Assembly: GCF_006345805.1 (NCBI RefSeq)
Contig: NC_043002.1
Coordinates: 34,410,001 to 34,474,000, forward strand
Length of the DNA: 64,000 nucleotides
Source of the DNA: Octopus sinensis
Lineage: Eukaryota
Direction of reading: 5' to 3'
The stretch's first letter is position 1; every line of letters begins with the position of its first letter. This document shows positions 26,565 through 38,400 of the stretch, in pieces. Made by a program: the position numbers and the translations under genes. The notes beneath the pieces were generated by a model that made no database searches, was not told the DNA's origin, and saw only the letters and a list, made by a program, of their open reading frames with translations.

Positions 26565-27968
26565 CAGGCTTTAGCTTCCCTTTGTAACTTATGTATTATA
26601 CTTATTTTGGGGGTTTTTTTGTTTGTTTTTTATCTATCTTAAACCTACCGATCCATCTCCCACCCCCTTGTTATAACACAACTCTAAAATACTGTGTCTA
26701 CACAAAAATAACTACTTCTGATTTATTAGAACTATTGTATTTATGATAATATACTACTATGTATGTTAATAATGCGCTTTCTGAAGCAATGCTAATTTTA
26801 ACAATCAATACCTGCACTGCTGATAGGTAAACAGTTATATATTAATATTATATACACCCTCTCTAATCCCTTTAATTTCCCCTATTCCTTTCTTAGATTT
26901 TCCAAATCTAACATTGATATATATTCATGTCCCAACAGATTTACTTTTAGTTAAATCTATACGTGGTTACCCAGATTATTTATTTTCATTGACATTGTAC
27001 TCATAATCCTTACACACATTTCGCCTTACTACCTATACTCCTTCCATTATTTTTCATCCCATAATACATTTTATTAGATATATTTCGAGTTTTTCCTTAA
27101 TTTCTTTTTTTACCTTAGTTCCTATAATTTAGGAATTTTATACCCACCATAATTTTAATCATTATTTGCAGGATTTACCCTTATGTACTTAACTACAAGG
27201 AGGCAACTACTGCGAAGCAAATCGTCACAATAAAAAAATAATTATCGCATTACCTGTTTAAATTGCTCCATACCAATTACTGCAAGCCTAGACATTCTTC
27301 TTTTATTGTGAAGTGCATGCCACCTCTGCTTTAAATATTTTTTAATACAGCCATTTTAAACACACTGCCATCATTAGTTGCTCAAGAAAACACGCAAAGA
27401 GCACGTTATAGTTATTATATTTCTGTCAATCTATTATAATATTCAGCTACTGTTTATTATAGCTATGGAACGAAATCGAAGACACCCTGCTGTACATAAA
27501 CATTAGTCGTAAGACGGTTCTCTTGTGGAAAGAAATCAAAAACAATCTGTTATACATACAACTTCGTGAGGTTATAATAATCTATTATAATATATATTAG
27601 TCGTAGGTTGATTGATAAACTCTGGAACGAAACTAGACATTTTTTTGCGTTTAACATCCATATTATTTATACTGACTGATAAATAATAACTTTAGATTAA
27701 GTATATATATGTATATACATACTTTTCAGCTTTCAGTCGATGTAAAGTTATCATTGGTATTAGCGTATATTTTTTTAAGTGTATCGCTCACTTTTTATAG
27801 TATTTTTTTAACGCCACTGTGCAATTTTTTAAAACACATCAAAACTTAATAAGGATTACATAAATTACAACAGCAGCAAATATATTTATATACATATGAA
27901 TTCATATATAAATAAAGTAATTAATGTATATTTTATCGGCTCTCTCTATCACTAAATATATATATATA

Positions 27969-28009
<41 letters not shown>

Positions 28010-28113
28010 ATATATATACATGTATATATATATATATACATATATATTTAGTGTTTGTGTATATACATCTTCATAAATATGCATATATATTTTTGTATAT
28101 ACATACATACATA

Positions 28114-28200
<87 letters not shown>

Positions 28201-28435
28201 ATGTGTACATAGACATGTTTTATATATTTATAAACATATATCGCGTACGTGTGTACATGCATACGTACACACATGAATGAATGTATGCATTCGAAATGAA
28301 TGAATATATAAATACGAAAGATTCCCATAAGATTTCTAGCAACAGAATTTTCCCCACGCTGCATTGATCAAGCAGAGACTATAGTTTCGATAAAGCAAAA
28401 GCGTTCCCTACATTAGTTTTAATAACATCAAGCAG

Positions 28436-28850
28436 GTGTCGATTTTGCCTTTCATCCTTTCGGGGTCGATAAAATAAGTACCAGTTGAGGACTGGGATCG
28501 ATCTAATCGACTAAACTCTTCCTCTGGAGTTGCTGGCTTTGTATTTATGGTAGAAAAGATTTTTGCTATTATTGTTAAGGCGGCGAGCTAAGCATTTTGT
28601 CCCGTGTACTAACAATTCTGCCAGCGAACCGCCTTAATGATAATAATCTTTTCCACTATAGGTACAAGGCCTGAAATTTGGGGGCTGCGGCTGATCGATT
28701 ACATCGACCCCAGTACTTAACTGGTACTTATTTAATCGACCCCGAAATGATGAAAAGCAAAGTCGACCACGGGGAAATTTCAAGTCAGAACGCAAAGACA
28801 GACGAAATGCCGCTAAGCATTTTACCCAGCGTACTAACGATTCTGCCAGA
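28436..28850. mobile_element. Oppositely oriented SINE B copies (+ ~28436-28560; - ~28645-28850)
   Basis: tttgcctttcatcctttcggggtcgat on the plus strand, and its complement atcgaccccgaaatgatgaaaagcaaagtcgac further right. Confidence 0.75.
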
Positions 28851-29099
28851 TCAACAACAACGATATAAACAGCAACAACAATAATACTTTCTTTCGTTAA
28901 CCACTAAGTATTGCTAAACAAATGTGGAGGACGGTCACAACTGTACAGTATGGGATTACATAAACAAGGTAAATCACAAAATCAACAAAAAATAAATCAA
29001 AGAAAACTCTCTCCAAAGCAGAAAGGAGCTTTTCGAGAGCTACACTTTTCGAAGTCCCATAAAAACCACAGCCAGTCTGACTGCTGTCTTCTCCAGTCT

Positions 29100-29410
29100 A
29101 CAGGCGCATACTCAAGGCAAATCCGTTCACTCAAACCTTGTTCACCTCTCTTGTCCACCTATCAACAAATTTGCTTAGTAGTAGTATTTACCTCTCCACT
29201 CTCAGTTTCCTTTTTCAACTGAAACTTGAAAATGTTAATAAAGGTTTGGCCTGAGAGAAGCATCTGTGTCTTTAAGCCCCTTTTGCAGTCTTGTCTACCT
29301 CACATCCGTTTTCACCAAAGCGACCAGCCAAATGAAAGCTGCCTGTTCTTGATCAAAGTAGCGGATAGACCTTTCCATTCGATAGCTGATAGCCGAATTG
29401 GTTTGACACC
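29100..29410 (-). mobile_element. Possible old L1/Tx1-type LINE C-terminal remnant
   Basis: Minus-strand remnant ..GLKTQMLLSGQTFINIFKFQLKKE..FVDRW resembles L1/Tx1 ORF2 C-termini (recall only). Confidence 0.35.
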
Positions 29411-29441
29411 TTGTATATATATATGTGTGTGTGTGTGTGCA

Positions 29442-29484
<43 letters not shown>

Positions 29485-29611
29485 TGCATACATACTCACA
29501 CATATACATGATATATGTGTGCGGTGTGTGTGTGTGTGTGTGTGTGTACATACATATATAAAGTTTTTATGTAGTTAAGAAAAGAAAACGATCAACATTT
29601 TCATCTTTCTA

Positions 29612-29830
29612 AAGCGAAGAGCTGACAGAATCGTTATCGCGTCGTACAAAATACTTAGCAGTATTTCTTTCGATTTTACGTTCTGATTTCAAATACCACC
29701 GAGGTCGAATTTGCCTTTAATTCTTTCGGGGTCGATAAAATAAGTACTAGTTGAGCACTGGGGTCGACGTAATCGACTTACCACCTCCGCAGAAATTGCT
29801 GGCCTTGTGCCAAAATTTATAACCAATATC
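29612..29830 (+). mobile_element. SINE family B
   Basis: gagctgacagaatcgtta..gaggtcgaatttgcctttaattctttcggggtcgataaaataagtac. Confidence 0.8.
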
Positions 29831-30189
29831 CTCATCTTTCGAACCCTCAGAAAAAACGTTCGGAGAATTTGGAAACAGCTTTTTTAAATCTATTCAACGC
29901 AATCTGTTAATTAGTTGACTATTACTGTACTTCCAATATGAATAATTGCTAACCAACATAACCTGTTTGCACACACATATAGACGAGTGTGTGTGTGTGT
30001 GTGTGAGTGTGTGTGTGTGTGTGTGTATGTGTGTGTGTGTGTGTACACATACGTACCTGCAGTTGGTCCATGAAAAGACTTCTCCAAGGCATATGCAAAA
30101 TTGCTAGAAATACTCTGTTAATCATGTTCTATATATAATGCTTATGTGTAATACAGCCATCTAATAAAACAGAAAAAAAATTCTTGTAA

Positions 30190-31600
30190 TGTTTCAGTGT
30201 GCTTTTTTTAATACGTCGTTGAGACCAAAGTGGAAATCGTCATTTTTTTCAATAGATGTCCATGAGCTCTGAGTTCTAATAATTCTATTTAAAATGTCCT
30301 CGTCGAGAATTGCATCCCTGTTTAATATAACTCCGAATTTCGTTATATCAGGAATTATTCGGGGCTTTTCAAGAAAGGGCTGATTAAGGATAACAGCTTT
30401 ATTGAGATTTATTGCAAGGACTAACATGTTACACACAAATGAAAGTTTATCGATAAGACTTTGAAGTTCTTTTTCATTGTATATTACAATATCGCAGTAA
30501 CCTGCATCCAAGAATATAAAACATATGTTAGGATCCAGCCATCTGAGGCTAAATAATTTAGCAGTTGTGCAATAATGCATGTAAATACCCAATGAACAGT
30601 TTTTGAAAGCTATTGGACAAAAGACTATTGCGAAATATATGTTAATATTGTAGGAGCAATTATATCCCCTTATTCCATACCACTAATGATTGAAAATTAA
30701 TCTGATCATTTTTCACCATTTACAATACATGCTCCCGGATCTTCATGAAAGTGCTTGATAATATTTGTAAATATGCCAGAACAATTAACTTTTATGAGAA
30801 TTGTCCATAGCGCATTAGGTATCGCTGAATCGAATACCTCAGTGAGGTTAAAAAATGGTAAAGGTCAAGTCTCTGCTTAATGTATTTCTCTTGTCGATGA
30901 ACGTCATGTCATTGATTATTTTTCTCAGAGCGAAAATGTGATTGAGACTCAGGAAGAATGGATATTCCAACATGTTGAATGAACCTGTCAAGAATAATTT
31001 TGCTCAATATTTTCCCTGACAAAATAGTTAGCACGTCAAGCAAGATGTTTAGCGACATTTCGTCCGTCTTCATGTTCTGAGTTCAAATTCCGCCAAGGTT
31101 GACTTTGTCTTTCATCCTTTTGGGGTCGATAAAATAAGTACCAGTTGGACACTAGGGTCCACTTAATTGACTTTACTCCTCACCAAAATCTGCCAGCCTT
31201 GTACGAAAATTTAAGGAGAGAAATTCTTTGAGAATTACCGTATATGTCTTCATTACCTTTTTTTGTGTACAAACTTTCATCTGCATATCTCTCCTATCGA
31301 GAGAGACTGTAATATTTTCCTACAGATTGTTCATAAGTTTAAGCTGACGGTCCAGAAACCTATTTCTTATTAATTTCAGAATGGCTCCAGAGTATCATCA
31401 GTCCTGAAACTTTTTCCCGATTTTTAAGTTAACACAAATCTTACTTCATAAAAAATGGATGGAAAATCAAGAAAGTATTTAAATGACAATTTCTAAACGA
31501 GTTCTAAAGGATCAGTCAATTCATGATATAGCAGACCAAGAAAATATTTTTGCTACTATTAAGTGAAATTGTTTTAGTCTTAAATAAGGATCTTGTTATC
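30190..31600 (-). mobile_element. Old degraded RTE LINE (RT region), interrupted by a SINE B at ~31020-31215
   Basis: Minus-strand remnants GKILSKIILDR, LPESQSHFR, NLTEVFDS, LWTILIKVNC, IIKHFHE and ELQSLIDK..LAINLNK; many indels. Confidence 0.7.
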
Positions 31601-31685
31601 CTTAAACCTAACAGAAGAAAAGCAATTGAGCGAGTACCATAAACGTAATTATAACAGAATAAAGTTCTGAATAACCTTTGTCATG

Positions 31686-32429
31686 AAGGCAGCGAGCTTT
31701 CAGAATCGTTAGTATGCCTGTCAGAATGCTTCGCAATATTTCGTCCGTCTTTACGTATAAAGTTCTAATTCCACCTTTCATCCCAGTTGTACACTGGGGT
31801 CGGTGTAATTGACTTACGCCCCTTCCTCCTCCAAAATTGCTGGTCTTGTGCCAAAAATTGAAATCATTATCCTTCCTGGCAAAATGCTCAGCGGCATTTC
31901 GGCCGTCGCTACATTCTGAGTTCAAATTCCACCGAGGTCGACTTTGCCTTTCATCCTTTCGAGATCGATGTAATCGACTAACCCTTCCCCCAAAACTGCT
32001 GGCCTTGTATTAAGGTTCGAAACCAATATACTTTCTGTCACATGCTTCTAAAGATTACAGGTACATTCAAGGCACTAATTACTTTCAACGCTTCTCATTT
32101 CAGTCAGTCTTTGAATGAATAATTTTATATTGGGTTCATAGAGTTACATACATACATATATATGTGTGTCAGTGTATGTGCGAGTGTATCTGGGTGTCTC
32201 TGTGTGTCGCTCCGTGTGTGTATGTATCCTTTTTTTCTTTTATTCTTTTACTTGCTTTTGTCATTTGACTGCGACTTTGCTGGGGCACCGCCTTAAAGAG
32301 TTTTAGTCGAAGAAATCCACCCCAGGACTTATTCTTTGTAACTCTTATTTCATCGGTCTTTTTTGCCGAACACACACACACACACATAAGGACACAAATA
32401 AATATATACACATACATACACGCACACAC

Positions 32430-32490
<61 letters not shown>

Positions 32491-32545
32491 GAGCTTCTTT
32501 CAGTTTCTGTCTACCAAATCTACTCACGAGACACTTGCCCAAGGT
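31686..32545. mobile_element. SINE cluster: two SINE B (+, 31686-32030) and a partial SINE A (-, 32230-32545)
   Basis: Family-diagnostic motifs as in the other copies. Confidence 0.7.
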
Positions 32546-32582
32546 GACATACATAATACATATGTGTGTGTGTGTGTGTGTA

Positions 32583-32621
<39 letters not shown>

Positions 32622-32949
32622 TTGATAAACTGAATATGATTTACGATAAAAATATGCTGTTTCATCTGGGGACTATCTCTTATCCAGTGATAATAAAAAG
32701 ACTGAAAGAAGGTCTGCAACCAAATAACTTTATTCAAAATAACACTTTTGCAACTGAGTCAGTGGAGACAAAGATGCCTCTCCTTTGCTTGACAATTTAT
32801 GCACCACATTGCAGAAATCACAATCTAAGTGTATCTTAAAGCAAACTCTTTACACTGTTGTACCATTGAATTACAAATAACGCTCATTTCGTATCCTCGT
32901 GTAAATCTACAGCTTCCAAGAGTACAACTGTATTCGTCTTGGTTTAGGA

Positions 32950-35075
32950 AAAATGATTAAATTGTAGGGGTTAAGCCCCCATTAGGGGGTCTTACTAACT
33001 CCTAAGAAGTTCAAATTTTAGAAATATTACTTCATTTGTGTCTAATATCTATGGTTAAAATTTCATCAACAGCAAAAATCGATGAATTTTCATGCCCCCT
33101 TACTTTCAAATACATGCTGCATTACATCTGTCCTTATGCATACAATATAATTTCCAAATTTCATAAAGATCTATTCAGTACTTTTGACCTAGTTTTGGAT
33201 CATGAAAAATGACTAAAATTTGAGAGTTAAGGCCCCAATTAGGGGGCCTTAGAATCCTCATGAGAAGCGGAAACTTTGGGAATACTTCTTGATGTGTGTC
33301 AATTACCTATGGTTGACATTTCATCAGCATCGGAAATTTATGAATTTTCATGGGGGGTTCTGTCCCCTTTAAGCCACCTCAAATTCAAACGAAACACACT
33401 GCATTATACCCGCCCTTATGCATTGAATCTAAGTTCCAAATATCATAAAGATCCATTCTGTAATTTTGGTCCATAAAAAATGACTAAAATTTGGGGGTTA
33501 AACCCCCATTAAGGGGTCTTAGAATCATCCAAAGAAATGGAAATTCTGGATATATTTTTAAAATTTATTTCTAATACCTATGGTTTAAATTTCATAAAAA
33601 TTCGAAGCATGAATTTTCACAGAAGTTCTGCCCCACTTTATTCCCCCTCAAAATTGTATGAAACATACGGCATACCCTTCTCCCTAGGCTTGGATTTTGT
33701 GTTCCAAATTTCATTAGGATCGACCCAGTAGTTTTCGAGTCTATAAGAAACACACGAACACACGAACACACGAACACACGAACACACAGACATTGACTTT
33801 TATATAATAGACTAGCTTACGGTGACCTGCTCTACGCGCAGGCGAGGTTGTGGGTGTTACTTTCTGTTGCTTCCTTTCTGTTTCTTATCGCCACATTCTC
33901 CCTCTTTGTTTCTCTATCCTTTCTCATTTTCCCACTCTCTTACTCTTCCTCTCTCTTGGACTTTCCCTCACTTTCTCTTACTCTTTATCTTTCTCTATCT
34001 ATCTCTCTGCCATTTATAAAAAAAATTAGATTTCCGCGTTTAAATTACAAATCCGCTGTCACTTTACCATGTTGAAAATTTGATTGAAATCGGGCAAAAG
34101 GTGTCCGATCTAGACCACCAAGTGTCCCCCAAAGTCAATAAAATCCCAGTTTTCACACCAAAGCAACCACTGTAGCGCCACAAAACGTCTCCCAATCAAT
34201 TTCCCCCCTCAAGTTACCCCCTCCTGTAAATTTGAATCCCCTTCCAGCCTCATTTAGACCCCTTTTTACATAAAAACCCAATCTGTATCTACGTTCGCCT
34301 TCTTCATTTTATAGATAGGATTAGTTGCCAATCGCGCCAATCTGGAGGGGCTTAGAGCCCCCTTGAATCTCTCAGCATAGCAACCGCATCTTTCCAGATG
34401 GTGAGTCTTAACATACTCAACTCATTACACCTTCTATGCCTGTGTCAATTTTCAGCTCGATCTGACCACTGGTGTGGCCACCAACATCTGACGTAGCAAA
34501 ACGTGCACACAATTTTGACCCAAAGCCTCTTTTATAATATATAGATAGCAGAGAAACCCGGTCTTGCTCGGGATTAAAAAAGTTTATCATTGTTTTATTT
34601 GTTTCAGTATTATAATTCAATTTCATTCGGGTCTACGTGGGCCACACTTTAAAGATGAGGAATTTTGCCCTAGAGGCCACACCTTTCAATTGAGCAAATT
34701 CAAAGTTGCCATGCAAACTCGCCAGGACTTTTAACATTGGTGTGCAAATTTTCAACTGAATCGTACCATATTTACTAACACTTTTGCCTATATAACTACT
34801 TGTGAGACAACGTCTGCCTTTTTCACGAATATGTAGTAGACCTACAGAGATACCCGACCTTACTTGGGATTAAAATGGCATAGTTTTTCATTGTTTTACT
34901 TGTTTGGTTACTATAAGCCGATTTCATTCGGGTGTAATCGGGCCACATTTTAAAAGATGAGGAATTTTGTCCTAGAGGTCACGCCTTTCATTTGAGGAAA
35001 CAAATAGTTGCCATGCAAACTCGCCAGCACTTTTAAAATAGGTGTGCATATTTTCAGCTCAACCGACCACATAAT
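32950..35075 (-). mobile_element. Head-to-tail array of non-autonomous Helitron-like elements with internal tandem repeats
   Basis: Junction at 33811/33812 reads CTAG|TCTATTATATAAAAG on the minus strand, with subterminal hairpin cctgc-tctacgc-gcagg. A second junction at ~34545 has hairpin cccg..cggg. Three ~265-bp units start at 32950, 33206 and 33477; two ~295-bp units start at 34546 and 34841. Confidence 0.7.
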
Positions 35076-35131
35076 GCACACATAATATATATATATACGC
35101 ATTAAATATATATATGTAAATATATACGCAT

Positions 35132-35193
<62 letters not shown>

Positions 35194-35236
35194 CATTATA
35201 TATACAAATGTATACAAATTATATATATATATATAT

Positions 35237-35354
35237 AACTAAAAATAAGGGTGTCTGAGAGACACCACCATGCCGAAATAGCAGTCCCTGACTCTAAGGG
35301 ATTTGACAGCTATTTCGGCATGGTGGTGTCTCTCAGACACCCTTATTTTTAGTT
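35237..35354. repeat. Perfect 46-bp inverted repeat (26-nt spacer) overlapping a degenerate hammerhead
   Basis: 35237-35282 is the exact reverse complement of 35309-35354. Minus strand reads aagggtgt CTGAGA gacaccaccatgcc GAAA tagctg TC aaatccctt. Confidence 0.9.
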
Positions 35355-35480
35355 GTAAAAAATTATTACCTTTGTATGGTATTTTTTCTCATGGTGCCCA
35401 CTTGATAATATCGATATTTAAATATCGATATTATCCTTATTTATATATATATAAATACAGATATATATACTTTGTATATA

Positions 35481-38400
35481 ATAATAATGTTCGTCCTTCG
35501 GTTCGAAGATGACCAACTGACATCATCTGATGGAACTGCCGCCATGAGACCGGAGGTGGCTGGTGAGGCCAATCCGGGCAAGGAAGCCCCTCCCACAGGT
35601 GGGGCAGAAGTGGGTAGGGGCAGTGCTACTGGTGCAGGCGGCTCTGACTTTACGCATCTGACGTTTCTGCTCCGCTGACCGAATCCGTCCCTCCTCGGCT
35701 GTCCCTGCTCCCACGGTGATTGCGCTGCGCCAGGATGAGCGGTTGGCAGCAAGTGTCTCCCAGGTCTCTGTTCCGATGGAGAAGTCTTTGAGAGAGACCT
35801 TGAGACTATCCTTGTAGCGCTTTTTCTGCCCTCCGACTTTGCGCCTGCCCTGGCCGAGTTCACCGTAGAAGAGCTGTTTTGGGATGCGAGTGTCGGACAT
35901 GCGGGTGACGTGGCCCGCCCATCTCAGCTGGGCCTTGCGCATGATTGTGATGGTGCTAGGGAGATCTGCCTGCTTCAGAACTTCCGTGTCTGGGACTTTG
36001 TCCTGCCAGCGGATGTGAAGGAGATTCCGAAGACACCTGAGATGGAAGTGGTTTATCTGGCGCTCGTGCCTTCGGTAAGCAGTCCACGTCTCGCAGCCGT
36101 ATAGTAGAGTGGTAAGCACGACTGCCCGGTAGACTTTCAGCTTGGTGTTGAGGCTGATTCCTCTCCGCTCCCAGACTTTCTTTCGCAGTCTCCCAAACGC
36201 GCTGCTTGCCTTGGAGATTCTGTTGATGGTTTCAGCATCTATGTTGGCATTGCAGGAGAGAGTGCTGCCCAGGTAGGTGAAGTTTTCCACCACTCGTAAG
36301 ATCCGTCCGTTCACCCTTATCTGAGGCTCATGGTATTGTTTGCCGGGGGCTGGCTGAAACATCACTTCGGTTTTCTTTGCACTGATGGTGAGACCGAAGT
36401 TGTCACAGGCTGATGAGAACCTGTCCATCTCGAGCTGCATCTCCTGCTCATCGATTGCATTAAGGGCGCAGTCGTCAGCAAAGAGAAAGTCTCTGACGAC
36501 TGTCTCCCTCACCTCGTCAGCAAAGAGAAAGTCTCTGACGACTGTCTCCCTCACCTTTGTGACAACCTGCAATCTCCTGGAGTTGAAAAGTTTCCCGTCT
36601 GTCCTGTACTTGATGTTGATACCGGACTTGCAGTCCCTAAAGGCGTCGGACATCATTGCCGAGAACATGATGCTGAACAGTGTTGGGGCCAGGACACAGC
36701 CCTGCCTGACTCCGTTTGTCACCTGGAAGGCTTCAGATGAGTCGCCGTCCTCAAGGATTCTGGCTGTCATTCCGTCGTGGAACTGGCGGACAATTGCAAT
36801 AAATTTGCTGGGGCAACCAAATTTTCCCATGACCTTCCATAGTCCCTCCCGACTGACTGTATCAAAGGCCTTGGTGAGGTCAACAAAGGTCATGCAGAGG
36901 TCAAGGTGCTGCTCCATGCATTTCTCCTGGAGCTGGCGGGCGGCGAATATCATGTCAGTGGTCCCTCGACCCGCACGGAAGCCACACTGGCTCTCAGGGA
37001 GAAGGCCTTGCTCCAAGTGTTCCAGAAGGCGGTCAAGCAGGACCCGGGCCAGGATCTTGCCTGCTATGGACAAGAGGGAAATACCTCGGTGGTTGTCGCA
37101 GGACTGCCGATCTCCTTTCCGCTTATAAATGTGGACGATTGTTGCATCCCGGAAATCTTGAGGGAGTTGTTCCCTGTCCCACATCGACTGGAACAGGCTG
37201 GTGAGCTGACTGATCATGGTGGGGCCGCCCGACTTGAACACCTCTGCAGGGATGGCGTCAGAGCCTGGAGCTTTGCCGGTGGACATTTTTTTGATGGCTC
37301 TGCTCACTTCCCCGACTGCAGGGGGAACAGCCAACTCGTGGTTTGTCGGCACCTGGGTGAGTCGTGCGATGGCTTCCTCGTTGATCTGGGCTGGTCGGTT
37401 GAGCACGATGTTGAAGTGCTCCGCCCATCTCTCCAGGATCAGCCTCTTGTTAGTCAGGAGTGAGGTTCCATCTGAGCTGAGCAGGGGGGTTGATCCAAAG
37501 GAGAACTGCGGTCCATAGACAGCTTTCAGCGCCTCGTAGAATTTCTTGGTGTCGTGTTTGTCTGCGTATCCCTGAATCTCATCCGCCTTGGCGCTTAACC
37601 ATGCGTCTTGCATGAGGCGGAGTTTAGCCTGGACTGTGCTGCGAATGTTGTTGAAAGCGGCCTTCTTTGCCGTGCAGGTGGTGTCATTTTGGTGAGCCCG
37701 CAGCAGACGGCGTTTCTCTTCCAGGAGCTTTTGGATTTCCTGGTCGTTTTCGTCGAACCAGTCCTGGTGGTTCCTCGTAATTTGGCCCAGAGTTTCAAGG
37801 GCGATGGAATGAACCGTGTCCCTGAATGATTCCCACTGCTCATCGATGCTGGACTGGTCACTCCGAATGTCCAACAGCTTACTGTCCATACGTGACTGGA
37901 GATCTTGTGCAGTCAGCTGGTTCCTTAATTTCGTGATGTTAAGCTTCCTCGTCACTTTCTGACCCTGTGGTCTTCTCTTAGGTCGGATGTAGAAATCCAT
38001 CCTGGAGATGATGAGGCGATGGTCCGTCCAGCAGTCAGCTCCGCACATGGCTTTGACCAGTCTCACGTCCCGCCTGTCTTTCGCCCTGACGATGACGTAA
38101 TCTATCAGATGCCAGTGTTTGGAGCGTGGATGCATCCATGATGTCTTGTTGCGTGTTGGCAGACGGAACAAGGTGTTGGCGATGGTAAGATCATGAGAGG
38201 CACACGCACGCAGGAGGAGCTGTCCGTTGCTGTTGCACTTTCCGATTCCTTGCTTTCCCAGTACGCGATGCCAGGCTTGGTGGTCAGTCCCGACACGGGC
38301 GTTAAAATCCCCAAGGAGGATGAGCTTCTCAGGCTGGGCTGACGTGATGAGGGAGTCGAGTTCCTCATAGAACCTGTCCTTAACCTCTTCAGGGTTGGTC

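Noticed and set aside
32950-33720. CRISPR-like spaced repeats
   Set aside because: Units are ~265-bp diverged tandem repeats without unique spacers; eukaryotic context and no cas genes.
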